A DNA stretch of 59,284 nt, the filler included, from Platydemus manokwari (taxonomy: Eukaryota): the NCBI GenBank assembly GCA_037951405.1. It is 5 parts of 5 records of this genome, joined end to end, with 100 filler letters (N's around TTAATTAATTAA, not from the genome) between each part and the next. Parts side by side here need not be neighbours in the genome. Positions count along the whole stretch, not along the records: positions 36,410 to 47,929 come from JBBMOY010632212.1; positions 48,030 to 59,284 come from JBBMOY010812203.1; 3 more parts are not named here. The stretch is one strand, 5' to 3'. This document shows positions 36,716 to 49,107 of the stretch, in pieces; the first letter of the stretch is position 1, and each line of letters starts with the position of its first letter. The position numbers and the translations under genes were made by a program. The notes under the pieces were generated by a model that made no database searches, had not been told where the DNA came from, and was given only the letters and a program-made list of their open reading frames with translations.

Positions 36716-39184
36716 ATGCCCGAGATTCAATACAAGTTTAAATCAAGTCTGTCATTTGAAATCATTAGGTTTTCCGAACCTTCCATTACTGTTGGATTGT
36801 TAAAAGATTTAATCAACCAAAAACAATCAATCAAAACCTGTGGTTTTGATTTAAAATTGAAAGATTCCCATGGAAAAGGTTCCTCGTTTTGATTTACACT
36901 TCATTATATGAGATTTCGTTTTTATGTGACTTTCAGTTTACACAGATGATGACGATATCATTGATTTGCAATCCAAAATTATTGTTTCTAGAGTTCCTAA
37001 AATTGCGAAAGCACAGCTAAAGTACGAATACCTGTGTATTATAATGAATTTATGATGATTATAGTACCAAAAAGAAAGAATCCATTTTGTCAAATAATTT
37101 ACCGGAAAATACAAATGATGTATCTGATGAAGTGAATTTAAATATAAAAGAAGTCGTTATGACAAACGAAAAATCAGAGTAATTTTTTACTATTATTTAA
37201 GACGTTATTATTTTTGTAAGGTAAATTATAATTATTGTAAAAGATTTTTGTTCTATTTGAAAGTTACATGAAAACTTACATTTTAATAAATTCATTTTAC
37301 AACAAAACGCTTTGTTTTCTTAGTATTTGAGTAAATTAAGATTAATTTGTGTGTCAAGTATTCAACATAAACATTGATATTGATAATTATGTTTTTTTTT
37401 AATGATTTTTGATAAAATTCAGTTTTTATTAAGGGATTTTTGTAAAAAGTATTTTTCAAGTCCACCGTTATGTTTTTAATCAAAGAAGTATGCTATTTGG
37501 GCTTAGTAAAATTTTATTTATAAAGATTAGCTTGATTATTGTGTGACACGCCAGTTTGTCACGTTAAATATATTTAAATTATTAAGCCAAAAAGAGTTTA
37601 AATAAAAATCTTGCGCTCATGAATAGTAAACTGGGTTTATTAGTTAGTAAAGCAACTAGAAATAAGCTTTTAATGGCTTGAATAGGAATTTCAATAGGCA
37701 GAGGGTGTTGATTCAAGGGAGAGAGGAGTCTTAAAGTATTCATGTATGTGGAGGGGAATAAGGAAGAAATAGTTAGTCGGTTAATTTTAAAGATCTGATT
37801 AAGACAGTGGAACTTATCTCAACAAATAAAACCACAAGTAAAGACCAAGAGACTTTTGAAATATGAATGAAACTGATACAGAATGTCCATCTTTGTGTAT
37901 CATGAACAGCGAAATCAAGTAATATCTGATGATAAATGTATTATTGTAGATGGAATTATTCATGATTCAATTGTTAATCATAATAAAAAATGCGTATTCT
38001 ATTTGCAATATTCGATGGGTATACATTTGTACTGTTTGATGGGGTTGTTATTTTATCTGAAAGAATGAAGCCATTGTGATAGATGAAGAAGTTTTGGATA
38101 TCTTAGTTTGTTTGTAAAGGATAAAAATAAAGGAAAAATTGGCAGTTTAGAGATAATTTATGCTGGTTTTAAAAATTTTTATGAATTATTTCTTTATTTT
38201 TTTTAAATATATAATGAAATTTGATTAAGTTTGACAATTCCACAACCCACCGACTTGTTATTTAAAGGTTCCTTATGACGACCTGTTAATTCAGATATTT
38301 TTACCAGACTATCAGTAAATAAATAATAATTTTCATAATTAAACCATAAGGCTGACACATGGTTGTTTTTCTTAATATATTTGATATATCATTATTTATG
38401 TATTTTTATTACTATTAATCCCATAATAAAGTGATTGGTTTTTATTTATTTGTATCAAAATCATAAAAAGAGAAAATCGGTGAAAACTAGTGTGCGAGGT
38501 GATACTTTTGATGGTTTATAGAGGCTTATTCAATAGAAATCTTTTTAAAATGATTATCAGTTATTTAACGAATAATGTCAATGTTTATTGGCACTAGATT
38601 ATAATATAAAATAACAATTCTAAATTTTTCTGGTTAAAGATAAATATAATTAAGTTCAACATCTTTATTAAGTATTAACATCAATCAAATTCAAGTATAT
38701 ATTTTATAGATGATGTGGTTACGATTTTATAAATACTTTTGATAATTGTAAACAAGCAAATAACCAGATTATTTAAGGAATGAATCTGTCAATGTTGATT
38801 CTATACAAGACAAACATGATCTAATCGTACCAGATATATTGAAATGTTGTTTGTGCAATAATTTAATGAAGGATTCTATGCAAATCAAATGCTGCAAAAC
38901 CAATTATTGTCACGAATGTATTACTGGTTATTTGTTCGATCCCGGCATTTCTGGTTCGTTGGAATGTCCTAATGGTAAAGCAGTTGTAAGCCGCATGTAA
39001 CATATGGTGATAATTATTCATAAATTATTAGGTGTCCAGTAAGGATGTCAATTTGATTGATAATATGGAAATCAGAAGTATGGTTCATGATTTTCTACAG
39101 GGAAAATTTGATTTGGGAACAATCTCAGAATTCCTTAAACTTTTACTGTTTTATAAAAAAATGATAATAAAAACTAACGGGTGA
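36716..39184 (+). CDS. Short RBBP6/Mpe1-like protein (DWNN ubiquitin-like domain + RING); exons 36716-36878, 36937-37021, 37065-37178, 38778-38985, 39032-39184; 240 aa
   Basis: DWNN: MPEIQYKFKSSLSFEIIRFSEPSITVGLLKDLI...FDLKLKDSHGKVYTDDDDIIDLQSKIIVSRVP. RING: VPDILKCCLCNNLMKDSMQIKCCKTNYCHECITGYL...ECPNG...LIDNMEIRSMVHDF. All introns are GT-AG and phase-compatible. The ORF track missed this gene. Confidence 0.85.
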
Positions 39185-39673
39185 TGGTATAGATGTAATG
39201 CCGCTCCGAACTTTGTCATGTTTGGAGCCTGATTCCATCTTGAGAGCCGTCTGGTGAGGCCACTCCGGGCGGCGTTGTTGTCGGACGGATGGCTGGATGT
39301 GGTTGAGTTGCTCCTATGTTTTCTGGTGTTGCCCTCTTTGGTGCCTGGAGTGTGGTGGCTGAAACAAAAAATAATTTTAAAAAAAATAACTTATACCAAA
39401 AATTTCTTAAATTTTAAATTGATATTTGTGTAGTCGACAGAAGATTTGAATAGGTATTTATACAGTCGGCAGCTGAGCATAAAAGACTCAGCTGCCAGTC
39501 GTCGGTTGATTGAGTAGAAAATAATCTCGGCAGCTGAGCGTGGGAAGCTCAGCTACCGTGCATTGTCCCGGGAAAAACAGACTGTCGGCTTAGCTGCTGT
39601 TAATTGTTTATGTCCAATACTAATTAAAAATTTGAAGCCTGACAATTAAAGTGGAAATTTCAATTGTTTTTAG

Positions 39674-41199
39674 TGTGGTTAACATGCTATTCGGTGCGAT
39701 ATTGAGTGTTTTCAACAAGGCAAGTTGAGCGTTTATTGTGAATTTCTGCCTCAGATAATATTCTTGTCGTCAATATTTGGATATTTAATAATAGAGATAT
39801 TTTATAAATGGATTGCATTTCATCCTAAAGATTCATACTGCCCCAAGTTTATTGATTGGCTTGATTAATATGTTCATGTTCAAATATGAGAATCGTTATA
39901 CATCAGATGGAACCTGTAATCCTAACGGTACATATTATTCTGGTCAAGTATGATTCTCTTGACATGATGTTTTTGTTTGTAAACATTTATTAGGCTGCTA
40001 TTCAATCTATATTGGTTTTAGTAGCCATTTCTTGTGTTCCTTGGATGTTATTAGCAAAACCTTTAATATTAAGGAAAAATATCACTTCTAAAAAAGTATT
40101 GATATTTAAAATATTGTGGATTATTTTTAAAATATTACAGATTGAGAATTTAAATGGTAGAATCAATGATATATCTAGTGCTGAACGAATCGATTTGGGT
40201 ACAGGAGACAATGTGTCGATAATGCAAGAACCAGAAGTTGAAGAAGTAAAAGATTTTTCAATATAACTATCGATTTATATTCTATATTATTAAAATAATT
40301 TTTTGTACTTGGTTATAACAAATTAAAATAAAATTCTCGAAATTTTATACAAAATATATTACTTTCATCTATCCATTAAAACAAGAATTCACAATACATC
40401 TGAATATTGAAAAATTGTATTTTTATCATTTATAAATTTGCACATGATTTTAAATTTTTACATTACCGCATATGATTTAGGAAAGGAGGGGTGATTTGTA
40501 TTGGTGGTATTAGTATTTTCTTAATGTAATTTTTATTAAAGAATTTCTTAAATATATTTTGAACAAAAGAGAAATTTCTCATAGACATAGTTTTGGAAAT
40601 TAATGTTTGAAAATGATTTTTTTTCGGTATTACAGAATTTTTTATTATAATTTTTATGACGAAAAAGTTATTGATTATTCGTTTCGTGATTCTGAGTGAA
40701 AATAATTATAATGGTAATGAGTAGAATTAAAAATGAATCCCAATTTGAATAAGAGAAGAAATAATGATGGGAAAAGATATGTTATGTTATATTTTGATAA
40801 TGAAAAATAATAAAAATGATTAAATATATCGCTCATTTTACAGTTCGAATTTTGGGAAGTGATTGTGAATCAAAGTATTCATACTATTGAATATTGTTTG
40901 GGATGCATTTCTAATACAGCTTCATATTTGAGATTATGGGTTTTGAGCCTGGCTCATGGACAATTATCGGAAGTGTTATGAGAAAGGTTTATGGTGGTTC
41001 GTTTATACTTTTCTTCATGTTTGCATTTTGGGCGTCATTGACCATTTTTGTTCTTCTATTAATTGAAGGATTGCCAGCATTTCTTCATGCTCTTCGTTTG
41101 CATTGGGTTGAATTCCAAAATAAATTTTATACTGGAAACAGTTATAAATTTATTCCATTCTCATTTGAATCTCTAAATAACTTGAAAATTGAAGAATAA
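39674..41199 (+). pseudogene. Unprocessed partial pseudogene of V-ATPase V0 subunit a (C-terminal membrane half)
   Basis: MLFGAILSVFN / CEFLPQIIFLSSIFGYL..FYKW / APSLLIGLINMFM / VPWMLLAKP / [32 protein letters not shown] / [21 protein letters not shown]. There are at least three frameshifts and an in-frame TGA at 40979. Introns are retained and the 5' half is absent. Confidence 0.9.
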
Positions 41200-41404
41200 A
41201 TTTCTAAATAACTTCGTCTGACTAATAGAATTTGATGTTTTATTAATTTATTATTTAGTTTTTTTTGTTTTAGACTAGATTAATATATATGTTTACATTC
41301 ATATATACTTGTGTCCAATTGTCTCACTATTTCTAATAAATTGTTTTTCTTCAAAAAAAGGGGGGTACATCCCGTTCATCGTCCTTATCTAAGATTTTGA
41401 GGAC

Positions 41405-42410
41405 AAAATCTTCAGGAGGTGGGAGCTATGATGAGTGAAGACAAAATCCTGAAAAAGAAAAACGATTTCATACCTTGAAACCCTTGTTTGAGCAATTTAA
41501 ACATTGGCACACCTACATAATCATACAAGCTTGACAACCATCGAATCACAGATGACTTAAACAGAAAAATCACAATTTTACGAGAGACATAACTACACGA
41601 GGAGACACGCATAGGGATTGACTAATCCCCACAGCTTATGATCGTCGGATCCAATGAAAATGCAATAAATAAAACAATCAATTAAAAGTGAAACACACAA
41701 AACACGAATATAAATAATGAGACCGAGGTGGTCAAATGCCAGTGTATTGGATGCCAGCATATTTAGCTGCAGAGTATTAGATGTCATTTTTGCGTTTATG
41801 TTGGAAATTGTGTTACACTGTTTTGGAGGTAAATTTGTATTATTGCGATTAATAAATCATTTACAAGTATTTTATCATTTATATTCAACTATATGAATAA
41901 CTTGAATATTGTTACAATGATAATATTTATAAAATTAAGTGAATATGAAAGCATTGTTAATATGCCAATTAACTATTGACACTGTTGGGTTACAAAAGAA
42001 TCGATTGTTGCACAATATTTGTCCACGTCACAACAAATTTCTACTCAGGACGTCTCTTGTTCACTCATAATACTGGTATAATCGATATAAAATTAAAACA
42101 TAAAACTTGGCTTCCAACTGGCAGGTAAGTATCTTTACATCAGTATTTATACTTGAGATTTGTATGCAATTTTTGTATCACATTTTTATCTTTCAAGTTC
42201 CTATTGTACTTGTTGATTTTGTATACTTGGGATTGGTTAGTCCCTATGTGTGTATTACAATGTGGCTATTTCCATTTAAGTCAGCTGTGATTGGTTGATT
42301 GCTACACCTGTACGATTGTGTAAGCATACAGATACTTAAAATGATATATAAGGGTTCTAATGTGTAAAATAGTTTTTCTTTTGCAAGATCTCGTCTCTAC
42401 TCAACAAAAT
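41405..42410. repeat. Two diverged, inverted copies (41410-41635 minus; 42225-42405 plus) of a dispersed repeat; third copy at ~47340-47470
   Basis: Shared blocks gggatt.gt.a.tccctatg.gtgt, tttaagtca.ctgtgatt and ttttctttt..aagat.t.gtct.tactca. Confidence 0.65.
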
Positions 42411-44312
42411 AAAACTCAGTTACAATTGTAGTATTGCAAATAACAAAAGTGCTAAATAAAAAAATTATATTTATTTCATTCTAGGTGCAGTTACTTCTTT
42501 TTATTATAATAAACTCTAATCAACTAACAAGGATTTTCATCCTATGCTCTTGAGATTCACTAAAATCTACTATCCATATGGAGACATATTATGTTTGATA
42601 TTAATTTTAACAATTTATGCTAATCTCATATACATTGGGTATAAGAAACCAAAGTAATGTCAAAGACTATTGCAAGTAAGTTCCAATTACAAATTTTAGA
42701 TGGGTTTTAAAATTATTGGAATTGGGCATCACGATTGTATTGAAATTTGAAGTTAAAAATATCTCAAAATGCTAACAATTGTAATCAACAAAGAAATGAT
42801 TTGATTATCGTTTTGAAAAAATTAATTAACATCATGAGTGTAATTAAAAAAACGAGAAAATTTCATTAACATGATCGAATAATTAAAATAAATTTTATTT
42901 ATATGTTCATAAGTAATTTATTAAGGATTCAAATATAAGATTTTAACATTGGTATGCATATCATCATAATGTCTTCTAGAAATTAATTTAGCGTAATTTT
43001 CGGTGCTGCATTACATATGATGACAGTTTAGTTTTCTATTTAAAACTTTAGATTTTAATTTCTTTTTAAACATCATTTTTATTGGATAGCGTGTTGCATC
43101 TGTAAACTTTGAATTAAAATATTATAACCATATTTTTAATTCATGATTTTAATGTGTATTATTTAAATTCATTTTTATTGTTTATTTTCAGTGTTCTTTA
43201 ATTTATCTTTGTTTCTTACTTTTATGTTTTGTCGTGCATCATCCTAACAGTTCATATACTAGTTATAAGGAAATCCAGAACTGTAAATCGTCGAGTATAC
43301 CGATTGCAGAGATGATATAGATCAAAAGATATCAGAGAAAATATGAAAACGATAACACAACTTATTAAACAGTTTACATTATTGAAATCACCCGAAAACG
43401 ATTTCATATAGATTTGAGAATCATTATTGAAATCTTCGTGAGGAAATTACAAGCTAAATTAACGTTCACAGTATGAATTTTTACTATCATAATCAAAATA
43501 CTAAATATTGAGATTTTCCCAGGTGTAGTAAAAGTATCAAATCTAATTTTGTTTTAAAAATCATTTTTCGTGTTAATAAAATTGTCAAATTGCTGAATTA
43601 ATTATCAAAATGATACTTCGTGTTTAAGTTTTTTAACTCTAAATATAACTTAATAACAATAAGTCAAAGAGATTCAAAGAAAATAGTGAAAATGTTTAGT
43701 GATTTTTATTTTTCTGGAAATGCTTTTCTGCAATCCTGGCAAATCAAATCCACGCAATAAATAAAATGAAACGCTGAAACAAAAACATGTTTCAAACTAT
43801 ATTAAAAAGAATACAAATTTCTTGCTTATAGGAATGTTATTTTTTGCTCTATTTAATCCCAATATTCACCTTAATATTCTTTTCAAATAAATACAAAAAT
43901 ATGAATTATTGATATTTATATTATTGATTAATATTAATAACAATTGCGACAAATATTCTTCGTAATAATTTCAATTTTCTCTCATTGCATATATATTTAT
44001 TATTCTTATCAAGCAAACTTACGTTTTCTGTTGGTTTCTTATGAAACTACATTTTCGTCAAAAAATGTTTTTGATAAATCATTGGAAATTTTTTTACAAC
44101 CAATTAAAAGCTTTTAGTTAAACCAAATAGTTAGTTACTCAACTAAGATGACGTGGTTTTTTCTGAAACGAATGAAACTTCATGAGATTAGATGAACAAA
44201 CGATGACATATGCTTTAAATAGGCAAAAATTAATGTAAAATTCCATTTGCCACTTTCCCAGATTTTTAGTTTGTTAAAACAAATTCTTTTGAATTGACAA
44301 AATTATCGCAAA

Positions 44313-45314
44313 ATGAGTTCAAAGAATAATACAAAATCCAATACCATCAATCAAGTATATAAGATATTTTCACTTTGAAATATTTAATTGAACTAACAAC
44401 TCTAGATGCCGAATCATTACGTTCTTATCGACTCAATAATTGGGGTGTGTCTCATTGTCACTCTCGCCAGCGGATATGTGGGAAACATTCTGACTTTTAT
44501 TGTACTCAAATTCGAAAAGACTCTGCGATCATTTACAAAACTAATGCTATGTCTACTAACGATCTGGGATATATTGGGACTATTGATTCAAGGTTCTCGT
44601 TATCTTATTCGAGCTATAAACAATGTTGATATCAGAGATATAAATTTCGTTTTTAAAATAGCTCATACATATTTCACTTATTTATCCATGGATTGTTCCA
44701 TTTGGACACTTACTGCATTATGCATTGAACGAATGTGTTTAGTGATGTGGCCCACAAATATTCGTCTGCGACGTGCAGCACATAAAGAGGCGTTATCAAT
44801 AACTTTAATTTTCATACTTTTTAGTTCTTTTATAAACTATAATGTTTATATATTTGAGCCATATAATCAAACACTCATCTTATATATTAAATTAGTATTT
44901 GAAGTAGTCATACCTTGTTTTGTGACATTGTTAACATCACTAACGATTCTTTGGAAGATCAAAACGAATTTCAGGACCACAAATGCTAATTCCGAGAATC
45001 AGCGAAGTGCCTCACCTACTTTCGCCATCAAGATGGTGTTCATTGTTGCATTGTATCAGCTTTTCACAACAACTCAAATAAAAATTATCGCATTTTTAAA
45101 GCATCAAGCAATCAAATTTCCTGATAAATTTCTGTACGATATTGTTTATAAAGGAGGAACAACGTTACTGTTGTCAAATGCATCAATAAAGTTCTATTTG
45201 TACAGTCTATCAACTCCACACATGAGGAAAGTTCTCCAGAAATTATTTAGTGACTTGATACAAAAAATCAAGATGAACAAAGTGACTAGTGCTGTATCAC
45301 ATTCACCCACATAA
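44313..45314 (+). CDS. Orphan rhodopsin-like (class A) GPCR; exons 44313-44354, 44406-45314; 316 aa
   Basis: Seven hydrophobic segments with TM1 GYVGNILTFIVL, TM2 LTIWD, TM3 SIWTLTALCIERM and TM7 SNASIKFYLY. A short upstream exon MSSKNNTKSNTINQ carries an N-glycosylation sequon and is joined by a phase-0 GT-AG intron. Confidence 0.9.
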
Positions 45315-47852
45315 ATCAATGATTTATTGATATTTTTTAAATTCAAAACCACATTTTCACTTTATTTCGATTTTAGAATACAACTTTATTCACAAATTTT
45401 GTTTGAATGGTTCTTATAATTTATGGTCAATTTTTATTAATAGTACCATTGTATTCCACAGGATGCTATTGATTGCATTTCATTGTAATACCAAATATAA
45501 TTGTTTGTGATTTGTTTTTATTAATCTTGGATTCCTAAAATTCTTGCAGAAATTAAAGTGTCAATAAAACAATAAAATGATAACAGTACGAAATCTGAAA
45601 ACAATAATTTGCAGAAAAATGTCTTGAAACAACTCATTTGAATTTGGTAATTTAATAGACTGGTCTAGAATAGTAAACACGTCATTTAATTTCTCATTTA
45701 ATCAAAATAACCATCTGAATTTGCTTATTATTTAATATACAATGTGTCCAGCAGCGCACCTCCTAACCAAAATTACCATGAATACTTAAAAATTACATTC
45801 GTTGTATTCCAATAAATTCTACTAACTTTAAAAATTCAAATTCTTATTATTATTGATTAGTTGATTTGCATGCGTCTATTGAATTTTAATGGTGTCAAAA
45901 GTGCGTTTTTATTGTATATAATTTTTATAAAACAAGAATCTATAACGAAGTGTCGAAATCTTTTGAAGATTTCTATGACAGATCCATCTATCGCATGTCA
46001 ATTCCTTCCTTAATTGAGAGATTTGAATTAACTTTAAAACGCGTCGACAAATCACTTGGTATATTTCTTAATGATAATCACGACAATAAAATTTGTTCAG
46101 CTGCTACCACAAGAAAGAGATCTAGAAATATTAGCATTTCAGAACCTTAGATTCGTATAATTCTTAAAATGAGCTTGCGTCTCAAAATTTATTACTTTTA
46201 TTTGTTTCAGGAGTTGTTAAGACGAGAAGTCGATTTTGTATTGACGAAAATAATGAACATTTTGAAAATAAAATTTGAAAGTAAAAATTATGCTTGGGAG
46301 GATTTGCTGTTCTATCAACATATGGACTGATAAAATATCTGATAAAATCATTGACAACAAATAATTTTAATATTAGTGCTATTACAATGATATTGTTATT
46401 AATTATCACCGCTTTAGTTAATGGTATGATGATATTGTGTAAAATAAATAGTAGAGTAAATTTTATAAACAAAAATTCCCTATTTTTAAAAATGTAAAAA
46501 TATCTAAAAAAATTATTTTATTTTTTCAATATTTTTCTAAATATTTTAATTAAAAAATTCAGATGTAATCACAACAATCCGAATATGTGGATCATTGCTT
46601 TGATTTAATTGTCTGACAGGTAAAAACAAATCAAATCATATAATCGATGTTTAATAATTATTATTATCTATATTATTATCAACCTGTAATTATAAATTCA
46701 GCGATGGTTAATACAAATCACTGGTGAATTGAGTGTAGATATAAGATTCAAAAATATGATTTGAAATCTGATTTTATTTATTTCTTAATTTTAAAGTTTG
46801 GATTCTTAATTGTTTTTGATATAAAATACATCCAAACAGTCTAAATTTATTTTGATTCGCCGATTAATGAAGAAAGTCGAGAAAATATATTAATTTGGGG
46901 AGATTTTTAATACACTAAAACAAATAAATAAAAATAAGGTATCATGATAATCAATTTATTTTTGACTGCTTATTTTAAGTGGAAAAATTTTGATGGAAAA
47001 TCATAGGTTTTGAGTTCTAGAATAAAATACGGTTAAATATATTAAATAACGTGGATCAATGTAATATATTTTCTTTACAAAATTGATTTGTTTAATTGGT
47101 TAAACGGATACAAAGGAGTAGTTTAATGTAATTTAAACGGTTATAATTAATAATGTCATTTCCTAAGTTTACTAAATTAAAATTTCATTTCCGATTGAAA
47201 TAATACACATTGTTTTTGGCAATAAAAGGAAATGAAGTTTAATTTTCCGACATAAATCATAGAATGAAAATTGGATTTCCTGTTAAAATCTTTAGATTAT
47301 TTTTCGTTTGATACATAATTAAATTATCGTTTTCAATTTACGTCAGTTATTATTGGTTCATTGCTATTCTTGTATGGTTTTGTAAGCATCAATATGCTTA
47401 AAGTGCTAAAACAAGGTATCCAAGGTGCATTTCTGTTTTTCTTTTGCAAGATTTAGGCTCTACTCAATACAATATTTTCAGAAAACATATATCAGTTGAA
47501 AAAATTAAGTTCGCCCGATACTAATTGGGTAAAAAAGAATGTATAATAAAAAATATACCAGAGAAATATTTTATATCAAGACTTTATGATAGAATAAATT
47601 CAATGAATTTTAATTTTAATGTGATTTATGTCAGATAATGTAAATACTTTTAATCACACACTGATGTTTGGAAATTTTCCAACAATTTTAAAAAAAGTAT
47701 TTCAAATATATTGCAAAATTGATTCAAAAGTAATTTATTTTTATTAATAGTCATTTTTATTGCTGGATTAAAACTAGAATTTATAAAAACAATGTATACG
47801 CATTATAAATAAAATATTGTCAACATTGATAAATCTATAATTAATACAAACT

Positions 47853-47877
47853 AAATAATAATAATAACAATAATAAC

Positions 47878-47929
<52 letters not shown>
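47853..47929. repeat. (AAT)n microsatellite at the contig end
   Basis: Directly visible. Confidence 0.95.
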
Positions 47930-48029
47930 NNNNNNNNNNNNNNNNNNNNNNNNNNNNNNNNNNNNNNNNNNNNTTAATTAATTAANNNNNNNNNNNNNNN
48001 NNNNNNNNNNNNNNNNNNNNNNNNNNNNN
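47930..48029. other. Artificial contig linker
   Basis: N-TTAATTAATTAA-N spacer. Confidence 0.98.
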
Positions 48030-48492
48030 TAAATTTTGTTTTGTTTGTGTTTTGTTTTTTTTTGTTTAGCGAAAAAACCGGAAAGGAATTACCGACACAC
48101 CTGGTAGATTTAGAAAAATAAAGGAAAAATTATATATCAATGATAAATTCAATAACCTTTTTCAATGAAAAATAAATTTTATATTAAAAAAAGTTTCTCT
48201 AAAAGATAAATTGTATTTAATTTAGGAGTAGCGCACTGCTTGGTTTATTGGAGTAGTAAAGAGTAGTAAAAGTATAAGTTAAAAAATGGTCGAATTATGA
48301 AAGAAACTAAGAGATATTCATCCGAAATCTTGTTCACTTTTCCTTCTTTTTCCAGAATTTCTGTAAATCTTGTTTTCTATCTCTTTTTTATTTTTTTTAT
48401 AATTTTTCTTTTTTTCTTTTTCTTCTTTCTATTAACCTAGTGTTTTTTCTTTCTTTGTCAATAAATCTTAAAGAAAATTGTATTATTTATAC

Positions 48493-49107
48493 CGTTTTGT
48501 GGGTATTGGAATCTTCAAAGCTGCTAAACGAATAACCAACAGCTCATGAATGGTTAAAAAATCGTTATATCTTCGATAGATTGTCCATGAAAAAATCCCA
48601 TGTTGCATTTCAATCTCGTATCTAAAATAAATTCAACCCAATCAATAATTGAAGATGAATGATTTTCGATAATGTCTCACACAAAGGGATTAAATTTTGC
48701 CAAGGTTTTTTCTCGGATTGAAGCATTTTGTGTATTTTTTTCAGATAATCCGGTATTTAATTGACGAGATTCTAAAGCTTTCTTTACGGTACTGCTTTTA
48801 GCTGTGCGGATTTGACAAGTAACTTTGGAATCACTGAGAAATATTTCCGGATCCTTGACTTGTGACAGAGCATTGTTGTGGAGTTTTTTGACAAGGAAAA
48901 CATGTTTGAAATCGTGAAGAAGATCTTTGTCACCTAGATATCATTTAGCTTAAACAGTTGATAATGGGCATTTAATAATTAATAGACAATTAACAACACA
49001 ATTGTCACTACTTCTTTCTTAATTAATATCTTACTTAATTTTCCCAAAGTACTATCAGAATCGCTAAATTCAACAGTTTCTGTCAGGCTTCGTCCACGAT
49101 TTTGCAT
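48493..49107 (-). CDS. PLD: 5' exons of a phospholipase D1/2-type gene (PX domain); exons 49107-49035, 48933-48681, 48621-48493; remainder unresolved or off the contig
   Basis: IFLSDSKVTCQI...NPFVYEIEMQHGIFSWTIYRRYNDFLTIHELLVIRLAALKIPIPTKR matches the PLD PX signature YxIExxHGxFxWxxxRxxxxFxxxH...IPxPT. The introns are phase-compatible. The ORF track missed this gene. Confidence 0.8.

Noticed and set aside
40979-40981. In-frame TGA in the V-ATPase a sequence as possible Sec or Trp recoding, given the tRNA-Sec array
   Set aside because: It replaces a conserved Trp (TGG to TGA) in a copy that also has several frameshifts. No SECIS is evident, and other genes here use TGA as stop.
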